DNA from: a virus
Lineage: Duplodnaviria > Caudoviricetes
Length of the DNA: 48,006 nucleotides
Reading direction: 5' to 3' (one strand)
IMG/VR virus record: IMGVR_UViG_3300017913_002464
Location: 1 to 48,006 of that record
This document shows, piece after piece, positions 26,446 through 32,922 of the stretch. The translations under genes were made by a program, and so were the position numbers. A model generated the notes under the pieces. That model made no database searches, was not told the DNA's origin, and worked only from the letters and a program-made list of their open reading frames with translations. How positions within the stretch are numbered: the first letter of the stretch is position 1; every line of letters starts with the position of its first letter.

Positions 26446-26795
26446 AGACCTCCGGGGTAATCTTTGTGTTCGTACAGCTCGTTTAACCCCGCCACTGCTT
26501 TTTCCAAGTTTCGTAATGCTGCTTTGGGACTTTTCTCGAGGCCAGCCAGAGTTGAATTTTCAAGTCCAAGACTCTCAGCGATATTACTAACGATTTCCAC
26601 TTTCGTGATAGGTGCTTCACCAGTTTTCGATACATACACTTCTCTCCTGTAGACGCCTTCTCTACTGAGCTTGCCAATGATTGATTTCTTACTTTTACCA
26701 TAATGAAATGCTAGATGCTCTACAGTTTCGGGATTAGGGTTGTTTACATACTCTTCCACTATTGCTTCTGTCATTTCTGCTGTATATGTGCTCAA
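26442..26795 (-). CDS. T5 A2/D3-family DNA-binding protein
   Basis: YTAEMTEAIVEEY...GKSKKSIIGKLSREGVY...KVEIV...LAGLEKSPK architecture. Confidence 0.7.
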   Translation of the reverse strand: MSTYTAEMTEAIVEEYVNNPNPETVEHLAFHYGKSKKSIIGKLSREGVYRREVYVSKTGEAPITKVEIVSNIAESLGLENSTLAGLEKSPKAALRNLEKAVAGLNELYEHKDYPGGL

Positions 26796-27166
26796 TTTAA
26801 TAACTCCTGTGCTTCTTCTAATAGTTTTTGGACTTTTTGTAAATTATCTATTTCTTCAAGAACAGCCATACCTTCCTCGGAATCAAAGCCCCAGGCCCCT
26901 CCGCCATTCTCAAAGTTGGTATACCAACTATTCATAGCCGAGTCTTCTACATTTTGTATTACTAAAGAGAGCATTCCTTTATTGTCGTACTTACTAATAT
27001 AGTTCTCTTTGTAGAAGATATACTCGTTAAATAGTTTGTCAAAGCTCTCTTCATAGCTTTCTAAAGTTTTTTCTAACAAAGTTTCTTTATGAAAAGACCC
27101 TAATCCCATATCATTAAGAACTTGATTTGTTAGTTTGCTTATATCGTACTTAGTATTGTTCGACAT
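26792..27166 (-). CDS. hypothetical protein
   Basis: AT-rich ORF from MSNNTKY. Confidence 0.55.
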   Translation of the reverse strand: MSNNTKYDISKLTNQVLNDMGLGSFHKETLLEKTLESYEESFDKLFNEYIFYKENYISKYDNKGMLSLVIQNVEDSAMNSWYTNFENGGGAWGFDSEEGMAVLEEIDNLQKVQKLLEEAQELLN

Positions 27167-27344
27167 TCTTGTGCTTCCTCTTACGGTTGTATTTAGTTTT
27201 GTCCTTATGTGTGGCAGCTCTGGTGAAGAGTTGAGCAAACTTCGCAACGGGGTTGGCAGCGAGTCGCTCACACTGTCCACTACAATACCATACATCAAGT
27301 ATTGCATTAAAGGTTTTACCGCACTTACGGCATTTACGTTTCAT
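27150..27344 (-). CDS. Zn-ribbon protein with ArfA-like basic C-terminal half
   Basis: CRKC...CSGQC then NPVAKFAQLFTRAATHKDKTKYNRKRKHK. Confidence 0.6.
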   Translation of the reverse strand: MKRKCRKCGKTFNAILDVWYCSGQCERLAANPVAKFAQLFTRAATHKDKTKYNRKRKHKNVEQY

Positions 27345-27657
27345 CTTCTTCCTCCCAGGGAGTAAAAACCACTTCGTCGGGTTCTTTCTCCCAGCTAATT
27401 CCGTCCTCACTTACTTTAAGGTTTTTAGTAGCATATTCTAGATATCCTACTTCTATATTTTCAATACCTACAGCATTTGCGTATAGTTCCAGCACTTCAT
27501 TGTAGGTACTTTCTGTTTTTGATATGTCAGTTTCCAGATTGTCCACAGCTTGATAAATTCGATTTAGTACATCGTAAAGCTCTTCCAAGTCTTCACGCAT
27601 ACCGTCGAGCTTACTACGAAGCGAACGATCTTCTGGAAATTGTAGAATTTTTGTCAT
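27334..27657 (-). CDS. acidic coiled-coil hypothetical protein
   Basis: Starts MTKILQFP; own promoter and GGGAG RBS. Confidence 0.7.
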   Translation of the reverse strand: MTKILQFPEDRSLRSKLDGMREDLEELYDVLNRIYQAVDNLETDISKTESTYNEVLELYANAVGIENIEVGYLEYATKNLKVSEDGISWEKEPDEVVFTPWEEEDET

Positions 27658-27680
27658 GTACTTCTCCCATCTGAATAATA

Positions 27681-27709
27681 ATTATACAGGTTCTGAAGAA
27701 AAATGTCAA
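27681..27709 (-). promoter_or_regulatory. sigma70 promoter TTGACA-17-TATAAT
   Basis: Perfect consensus. Confidence 0.87.
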
Positions 27710-27734
27710 GATATTTTTTAGGTGAGGTAGGAAT

Positions 27735-27757
27735 AAAAAAGCCCGTATGAAACGGGC
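27735..27757 (-). terminator. intrinsic terminator
   Basis: GCCCGT-TTCAT-ACGGGC-TTTTTT. Confidence 0.85.
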
Positions 27758-27938
27758 AACGGACTTGCTATGTCGAATAAGTGTGGAGGCCCCAACCATG
27801 CCCAATCCACTGTCCACCTAGTGATCTTTTTCCGAGCTAATCACCAAACTGCACGCATACTCTCATAACGCTGGATAGTATGAACAGCGACGCGGGGTAG
27901 TGGCCCTAAGGTAGACTTCTATACCCACCGCGATTTAT
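27735..27938 (-). ncRNA. candidate ~200-nt structured small RNA
   Basis: Own promoter (27945-27974), own terminator (27735-27757), several stems, no credible ORF or RBS. Confidence 0.7.
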
Positions 27939-27944
27939 GAGGAT

Positions 27945-27974
27945 ATTATACTCTGTTTTAACATTAAAAGTCAA
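27945..27974 (-). promoter_or_regulatory. sigma70 promoter TTGACT-18-TATAAT
   Basis: Near-consensus with upstream A-tract. Confidence 0.8.
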
Positions 27975-28159
27975 GAACTTTTTTTCGCAACTTCAGAAAT
28001 AGTTTCCCAGCGTTTGTGTCCAGTGTCAAAGCTATTGTACTCAATAACTAGCGCATCCGCATTCATATGTAGAACCGGAGCGGGGTCTGTTTTAGCCTTT
28101 GCAAAGTGCAAAGCAATTCGGTTAGATACTGTTTTCGGGTTGTCTTGTAGGGCAGACAT
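27971..28159 (-). CDS. hypothetical protein
   Basis: GGAGGAG upstream of MSALQDNP. Confidence 0.45.
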   Translation of the reverse strand: MSALQDNPKTVSNRIALHFAKAKTDPAPVLHMNADALVIEYNSFDTGHKRWETISEVAKKSS

Positions 28160-28331
28160 AGATATCTTTCTCCTCCCAGGTGATGTCAAATCCTTTTCCA
28201 TGAATAGCGCGTCGTGCATATATTCGTCCTCCTTGTGTAGCTTCCATCACTACATCGCATTTATCCCATCCGGGGTTTTCCCATAGAAATACATCAAGGT
28301 GGTGCCGTAAGCTGTCTACTGATATTCTCAT
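28122..28331 (-). CDS. hypothetical protein
   Basis: TGATG-coupled to the upstream microprotein. Confidence 0.55.
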   Translation of the reverse strand: MRISVDSLRHHLDVFLWENPGWDKCDVVMEATQGGRIYARRAIHGKGFDITWEEKDIYVCPTRQPENSI

Positions 28332-28468
28332 CAGTTCTTTACTCGAGGTGAGTTAGGCTTACGCTTTGCACGATAAGATCCGTGAGAAGTCACTTTCTTA
28401 CCCTTGAAACGTCCAGTACTTTTAAAGAAACGGGTCAGTTCGTTACTGTAAATCATAGTTTTTGCCAT
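28331..28468 (-). CDS. 45-aa basic microprotein
   Basis: Manual translation MAKTMIYSNELTRFFKSTGRFKGKKVTSHGSYRAKRKPNSPRVKN; GGAG RBS. Confidence 0.6.
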   Translation of the reverse strand: MAKTMIYSNELTRFFKSTGRFKGKKVTSHGSYRAKRKPNSPRVKN

Positions 28469-28470
28469 AG

Positions 28471-28659
28471 CTAGTCTCCATATCCTAATAGTCCTGCGTT
28501 ACGCATATCAAAAATGATAGCACGCACTTGAAAGTCTTCAAAAGCCCACTGGTAAGTAAGCTCATCTCGTATTTTTACTACGCTTGTGTACTGATATCCA
28601 CCGGCATCAGTAGCGCTTGCGCGATCAATGACCGCGATCATTTCTTCTTTTGATAGCAT
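28471..28659 (-). CDS. hypothetical protein
   Basis: ORF track; operon context. Confidence 0.55.
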   Translation of the reverse strand: MLSKEEMIAVIDRASATDAGGYQYTSVVKIRDELTYQWAFEDFQVRAIIFDMRNAGLLGYGD

Positions 28660-28778
28660 TTATCCAACTCCCTTGCCAAGTGTTCGTTAGTGGTGACTAG
28701 TACAAGTGCACCACTATTATTGTAGACGAACCACTCTTTAGTGAACCCGTCATCTTTAAGCTTCATGACGATAGCCAT
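28638..28778 (-). CDS. 46-aa microprotein
   Basis: Manual translation MAIVMKLKDDGFTKEWFVYNNSGALVLVTTNEHLARELDKCYQKKK; TAATG-coupled. Confidence 0.55.
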   Translation of the reverse strand: MAIVMKLKDDGFTKEWFVYNNSGALVLVTTNEHLARELDKCYQKKK

Positions 28779-29101
28779 TAGCCTACCAGTGCGTCGATCA
28801 TGAACTGAAGGTCAGGCTTGGTCATTTTGTTGAGCGAAGGCAACTCGCGACCGATAGCATTTTGTACTTGTGCTACCAGCTCAGCCTTCATTACAACAGG
28901 CTCGCCACGCTTGGTTACACGCTCAGCCTTCTGGTAGATACCAAGAGCAGCGAGCTTCGCAATGATAGAGCGAGGTGTTTTGTTGAGGCGTACGGCCAGG
29001 GCGTCGACAGTCTCACGAGTTGGCTCGAGAGTGTACTCGTCTGTGATCATAGTGATGTCTGCGTCTGAGTAGTTAGCAGATGCTTTTGCAGTTACGTCCA
29101 T
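28778..29101 (-). CDS. T5 A2/D3-family DNA-binding protein
   Basis: NYSDADITMITDEY...NKTPRSIIAKLAALGIYQK...KAELV...SLNKMTK. Confidence 0.72.
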   Translation of the reverse strand: MDVTAKASANYSDADITMITDEYTLEPTRETVDALAVRLNKTPRSIIAKLAALGIYQKAERVTKRGEPVVMKAELVAQVQNAIGRELPSLNKMTKPDLQFMIDALVG

Positions 29102-29147
29102 AAAAATTTCTCCCAAAAATTAGTTAGTGTTTCGATTCAATATAGAT

Positions 29148-29176
29148 ATTATACATACTTGGAGCGGTAAAGTCAA
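29148..29176 (-). promoter_or_regulatory. sigma70 promoter TTGACT-17-TATAAT
   Basis: Near-consensus. Confidence 0.83.
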
Positions 29177-29187
29177 GAACTTTTTTA

Positions 29188-29520
29188 TCATTCCGCCCAA
29201 AAAATTTCGTCTTCGTCGCCTGAGTCTTCCGCCATAGCCATGACGAACTCGCACTCTGTGTCGCTCTGACAGAGTACAAACTCTTCTGAGCGCAGGTCAA
29301 AAGCTACTTGGTAGATAGCAAACGGGTTAGGTATTACTTCAAACCAGAACTCGTCACCATATACTTCATCAAACAGCTCATCTAGGCCTGCAGGAGCTTC
29401 CTCCCCATATTCACTAGCCCGCTCACGCGTGTCAGCAATAAAGTTGTGCCACTCAAGCGCATTGTACATTTTGCACTTTTGGTCAGCGATGTCGAATGTT
29501 ACAGCAATAATTTTTTCCAT
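29188..29520 (-). CDS. very acidic hypothetical protein, first early gene after the repeat region
   Basis: GGAGGAG RBS, own promoter. Confidence 0.7.
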   Translation of the reverse strand: MEKIIAVTFDIADQKCKMYNALEWHNFIADTRERASEYGEEAPAGLDELFDEVYGDEFWFEVIPNPFAIYQVAFDLRSEEFVLCQSDTECEFVMAMAEDSGDEDEIFWAE

Positions 29521-29547
29521 AGCAGGTCTCCTCCGATTTATGTGTAC

Positions 29548-29576
29548 ATTATACTACCTGGGGTAATTCAAGTCAA
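29548..29576 (-). promoter_or_regulatory. sigma70 promoter TTGACT-17-TATAAT
   Basis: Near-consensus. Confidence 0.83.
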
Positions 29577-29740
29577 GAACTTTTTTCCGAATTGGTCGTA
29601 AAAGAACGCACCCGAATTCCGGGGGGCCGTCCACGACCTCGGCGTGTCAAGTAAAATTTGCACCAATTTACCAAAATTTTCGTGAATTTTCCCACCAAAT
29701 CTGCCATAATCTTAACAGACCCCGCGAAGACTATCAAGCG

Positions 29741-30043
29741 AAAAATTTGGTACAATTGCCGTAAAAAGTACTTGACAGCCGGGGACGGGTGTGGTACAAT
29801 CGGCGCCGGCAACGAAGACTGGTAATTTTAACAATTTGCACCTTTTGGGTAAAAAGTACTTGACAATCGCATCGGAACTGCACTATAATCGGCGCCGCCG
29901 CGCCAAAAGACCAATTGATTTGGAAAAATTTGCACCTTACCCGAAAAAAAGACTTGACAATTGTCAACTTTGCACTCATACTGGCGCAAGCGACACCAAT
30001 GAACATCGTCGTCGTACTACTACTGGCGCGCCCGCGCCAAAAA
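29741..30043 (+). repeat. three ~90-bp degenerate repeat units, each containing a sigma70 promoter, plus a partial fourth; injection-stop-signal-like region
   Basis: Unit AATTTG[CA/GT].C ... AAAAAG(T)ACTTGACA-17/18-TACAAT/TATAAT/CATACT-(C)GGCGC; -35 boxes at 29772, 29860, 29954. Confidence 0.8.
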
Positions 30044-30061
30044 TCTCAATGTGTCAAGGCG

Positions 30062-30077
30062 TGTTCCACGTGGAACA
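30062..30077. promoter_or_regulatory. parS: parS centromere-like palindrome TGTTCCACGTGGAACA
   Basis: Perfect 16-bp palindrome identical to the Pseudomonas-type chromosomal parS; intergenic. Confidence 0.8.
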
Positions 30078-30086
30078 GGCGGCGCG

Positions 30087-30803
30087 TCAAGCCACCTTGG
30101 AGCCGTGAACGTCGGGGTCGTCTCCCGCGTTCGAGTTGACGATGCGCCACGGCTGGGCGTTGACGATGCCGTAGGGGACGCGGCGTTTCTGCTTGAAACA
30201 TTCCGCGAGAATGGCAACCTCGATTCGCGCATCCGATAGTGCGGTATGGTCTTCAATGAATGACAGATCGCCCGAACAGTAGCGGTGAGCAAATTCTGCG
30301 CCCGTCTTGATATTGCCAGCCGGTGAAATCCAGCCTTGTGAGCGAGCGATATTGGCGTATGCCTTTTGGCTAAGTTTGGTCTCGCAAGCAAATTGCCAGA
30401 TATCGAGAATCTTGACCGGCGATTGCAGAATGGCACCCTCACCGCCTAGATCCGCGTGAGTCTGACGCAAAACGCGGAAGTCAAAACCGGCGTTATAAGC
30501 CGCGATGACATCGACACCATGAGTGAGAAAGTCAGCCCGCATAGTGCCGACGATCTCAGCCCAAGGCGTGAGGCGAATCTCACCATCCTGAAGCATTCGA
30601 GCGTAGTGGGTGAAATGCTTGCCCGCATAGAATGCGCCCATCATGCGCTTGGGGTTGGTGAAGTTTTCCTCAACAAGCCAATTACGCTCAAGCGCGATAT
30701 TGCCGCGCTTGTCGTGAATGCAATAGCCAATGTCATAAACGTGACCCTCGAGACCGACGGTCTCAGTATCCAGAGTCGCAATAGAAAGTTTTTGAATAGT
30801 CAT
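30087..30803 (-). CDS. DEDDh 3'-5' exonuclease (candidate pre-early gene)
   Basis: LDTET, AYNAGFD, LDIW, EDHTALSDA. Confidence 0.88.
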   Translation of the reverse strand: MTIQKLSIATLDTETVGLEGHVYDIGYCIHDKRGNIALERNWLVEENFTNPKRMMGAFYAGKHFTHYARMLQDGEIRLTPWAEIVGTMRADFLTHGVDVIAAYNAGFDFRVLRQTHADLGGEGAILQSPVKILDIWQFACETKLSQKAYANIARSQGWISPAGNIKTGAEFAHRYCSGDLSFIEDHTALSDARIEVAILAECFKQKRRVPYGIVNAQPWRIVNSNAGDDPDVHGSKVA

Positions 30804-31273
30804 GCCGCAAGCCTCGCGTTGATTTCAAGAGCATCATAGCATTTCAAGCCATGATCGGAAAGGGTTTTGATGACGCTTTGATTGTCGTCAAACATTAAGG
30901 AAAAGTTGCAGAAGCGACGCCATGACCCGCGTTTAGTGGTAGAGTAGCGGCGAAGCATTCTCAGCTTGAGTTCATCGTCTGGCGTGCGGTCGCCCTCTTG
31001 ACGCGACAGAAGCGCGTCAAAGTGAAGGCCAGCGTTCGCCAAATAATCCATGTCAGCTTGACCGATAACGCGAGCAGTACAGACGACGATCTCATTACCG
31101 CGTGCGAATTGCTCACGCCATACCCTAGCGAGTGGCAATAGCTTATCGCGGCGAATCATGCCAGCCGTCGAATTTTCGCGCCAGTGGTCAAGGTCTAGGG
31201 AGCCGTCGGGCAATGTCGCTTGACGGTGAGAGCTGTCGATCACGGTGTGATCTAGATCAAAAATATATCGCAT
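30800..31273 (-). CDS. HAD-family phosphatase (PNKP 3'-phosphatase-like; candidate pre-early gene)
   Basis: IFDLDHT, VCTAR, DDELK, MFDDN. Confidence 0.85.
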   Translation of the reverse strand: MRYIFDLDHTVIDSSHRQATLPDGSLDLDHWRENSTAGMIRRDKLLPLARVWREQFARGNEIVVCTARVIGQADMDYLANAGLHFDALLSRQEGDRTPDDELKLRMLRRYSTTKRGSWRRFCNFSLMFDDNQSVIKTLSDHGLKCYDALEINARLAA

Positions 31274-31454
31274 AGCAATAGCCTCCAATGCCGATAATAT
31301 TGAGTAATATCAAATTGTGCGATCGTGTCGCGTGTGCCTGAATGGTCAGAAGAAAAAGCCCGACAATCGCGACGCCCTTACCGGCGTCGGTGTCGATGAT
31401 GAAGGGGGCGATGCACATTAGCAACGCCCCGACCCAAGCGCAGAAGCCGATCAT
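31257..31454 (-). CDS. small three-helix membrane protein
   Basis: Hydrophobic; ATGA-coupled. Confidence 0.7.
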   Translation of the reverse strand: MIGFCAWVGALLMCIAPFIIDTDAGKGVAIVGLFLLTIQAHATRSHNLILLNIIGIGGYCYAIYF

Positions 31455-31750
31455 CCGATCGACTCCAGAACCGCGGATAGCTCCGCTTTGGTGAGATCGC
31501 CGGAGCGATCTTTCAGCGCGAGCGATTTACGAATCGCCGCGAGATAATCCGCCTTTGTAGGCGTAGCCTCACGAGGTGAGCGAGGCGCTGGAGTCGCCTT
31601 GACGTATTCAACGCCCAGCGATTGCGCCTTAGAGATCACCGAACGGTGAGTAACATTGCCGAATTCGGCGGCCAATTCCTTGGCCTTGGCAAGGTTAAGG
31701 GGAGCCGCGTTTTGGATGCGTGCGACCATCGCAGAAGTGTAGTTAGACAT
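31451..31750 (-). CDS. T5 A2-like DNA-binding protein (candidate pre-early gene)
   Basis: MSNYTSAMV...ELAAEFGNVTHRSVISKAQSLGVEYVK...TKADYLAAI...LTKAEL; GAGGA RBS. Confidence 0.7.
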   Translation of the reverse strand: MSNYTSAMVARIQNAAPLNLAKAKELAAEFGNVTHRSVISKAQSLGVEYVKATPAPRSPREATPTKADYLAAIRKSLALKDRSGDLTKAELSAVLESIG

Positions 31751-31782
31751 AAGCAAAATCCTCATTAGTTAAGAGAAGGTGA

Positions 31783-31811
31783 ATTGTAGTTGAAAATCAG
31801 AAAAAAGTAAA
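31783..31811 (-). promoter_or_regulatory. sigma70 promoter TTTACT-17-TACAAT for the four-gene cassette
   Basis: Hexamers and spacing; about 30 nt upstream of the ATG. Confidence 0.7.
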
Positions 31812-31854
31812 TAACCCAAAGGGGGTAGAGCTTGACAGATTGAGATTTTTGTTG

Positions 31855-31965
31855 ATCGCGCGTCTCCGGTTGCGATGCTCTGCCGGCTGGATTTTTTGCG
31901 ACCCTCGCGATGGTGGCGGCGGGTCGATCGGGGCTTTCCCAGTGGGTAGCGACATCCGATGAGGT
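31855..31965 (-). ncRNA. candidate GC-rich structured small RNA
   Basis: Stems ATCGG/CCGAT (with inner CCCA/TGGG), CGACCC/GGGTCG and CCGG/CCGG, downstream of a TTGACG...GAGACT promoter-like element (31969-31996). Confidence 0.45.
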
Positions 31966-32098
31966 AATAGTCTCATAGGTCGGGCCCGACCGTCAATAGT
32001 TTTTGGCAAGTTTTTTTGAATTATTTTTTGGTAATATTTCACAATTTTTTCGCGCGAGTTTTGCCTTTTGTCGCGCAGAGGAAAAAGTCGAAAATGTT

Positions 32099-32117
32099 AA
32101 ATGATAATCATTCTCAT
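32099..32117. promoter_or_regulatory. Fur box
   Basis: TGATAATCATTCTCA (32102-32116) has one mismatch to the 7-1-7 consensus TGATAATNATTATCA. Confidence 0.7.
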
Positions 32118-32213
32118 CTAGGGGGGCGGTTAGCAGACCTTGACAAAATTTTTTCGCGCGCGCTCCCCCACACGTACAACTTTGGGGTTTTTCGTACCAA
32201 AGAAAAATAGCGC

Positions 32214-32242
32214 TTGACATTTCAGCTCCTTTAAAATATAAT
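32214..32242 (+). promoter_or_regulatory. sigma70 promoter TTGACA-17-TATAAT heading the late region
   Basis: Perfect consensus. Confidence 0.88.
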
Positions 32243-32270
32243 TTGAGAAATAGAAATCTAAGCACGGAAA

Positions 32271-32453
32271 ATGTTGAAAGTAACTTACAAACACTGGAAA
32301 AGTGGGGCCATACTGGAAGTTGTGGGCGAGATGCCCAAACCTTGCAATAATGGGTCGAGTGATCGCGTTGTTGTTCTACAACCTGACGGGACTTACAAAG
32401 ATATAATAAAGGCCACAATCGTGAGAGTTGAGGAATACACCCCAGATGAGTAA
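32271..32453 (+). CDS. hypothetical protein
   Basis: First ORF after the promoter. Confidence 0.6.
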   Translation: MLKVTYKHWKSGAILEVVGEMPKPCNNGSSDRVVVLQPDGTYKDIIKATIVRVEEYTPDE

Positions 32454-32907
32454 AGAAATTACTACAATCTCCCCAGAAGGACTAGAGGTTGCAAATGCTT
32501 ATTTGCAGTTCGGCAACATTCGTGCCGTTTGTGAATATATGAACGTCCCAGAAAATAAAGTGGTAGACGTACTTAACAAGCGTGAAGTTAAAAAGTATAT
32601 TGATACTGTATACCTAGACATGGGGTATCGGAACAAAAATAACATCGCATCTGTTCTAGACGAAATGATACAGAGCAAGCTTGAAGAAGCACAGGAAACT
32701 GGCGTATACTCTTCAAAAGATCTAGCCGATCTACTTCAGATGGCACACAAGATGCGTATGGATGAAATCAAAGCCCAGGCGGATCTGATGAAAGCAGAAA
32801 CTACGAACATTAAGACTCAAAATAATGTTCAGATCAATAGTGAGGGTTTACCGTTCGGCCAAGGCAATTATGGAAAGCTGATGGAAAAACTTCTCAAGGA
32901 GGGTTAA
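32446..32907 (+). CDS. terminase small subunit (T5-like)
   Basis: ISPEGLEVANAYLQ...EVKKYID..Y...GYRN...KLEE...NYGKLMEKL; GAGGA RBS. Confidence 0.78.
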   Translation: MSKEITTISPEGLEVANAYLQFGNIRAVCEYMNVPENKVVDVLNKREVKKYIDTVYLDMGYRNKNNIASVLDEMIQSKLEEAQETGVYSSKDLADLLQMAHKMRMDEIKAQADLMKAETTNIKTQNNVQINSEGLPFGQGNYGKLMEKLLKEG

Positions 32908-32922
32908 CCTAGAGAAACTATC

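Noticed and set aside
27614-27817. 67-aa minus-strand ORF
   Set aside because: It runs through an intrinsic terminator and the next promoter
29741-30043. Repeat array as a CRISPR or mini-CRISPR array
   Set aside because: The units are ~90 bp, degenerate and built from promoter elements; there is no identical 25-40 bp repeat and no cas gene
29573-30839. Multiple overlapping ORFs across the repeat region and antisense to the exonuclease gene
   Set aside because: These are GC-rich shadow frames without RBS or recognisable motifs
29580-32250. DnaA boxes, or an IS/transposon bounded by the 21-bp inverted repeat
   Set aside because: No TTATCCACA-type box seen by eye; no transposase, recombinase or target duplication
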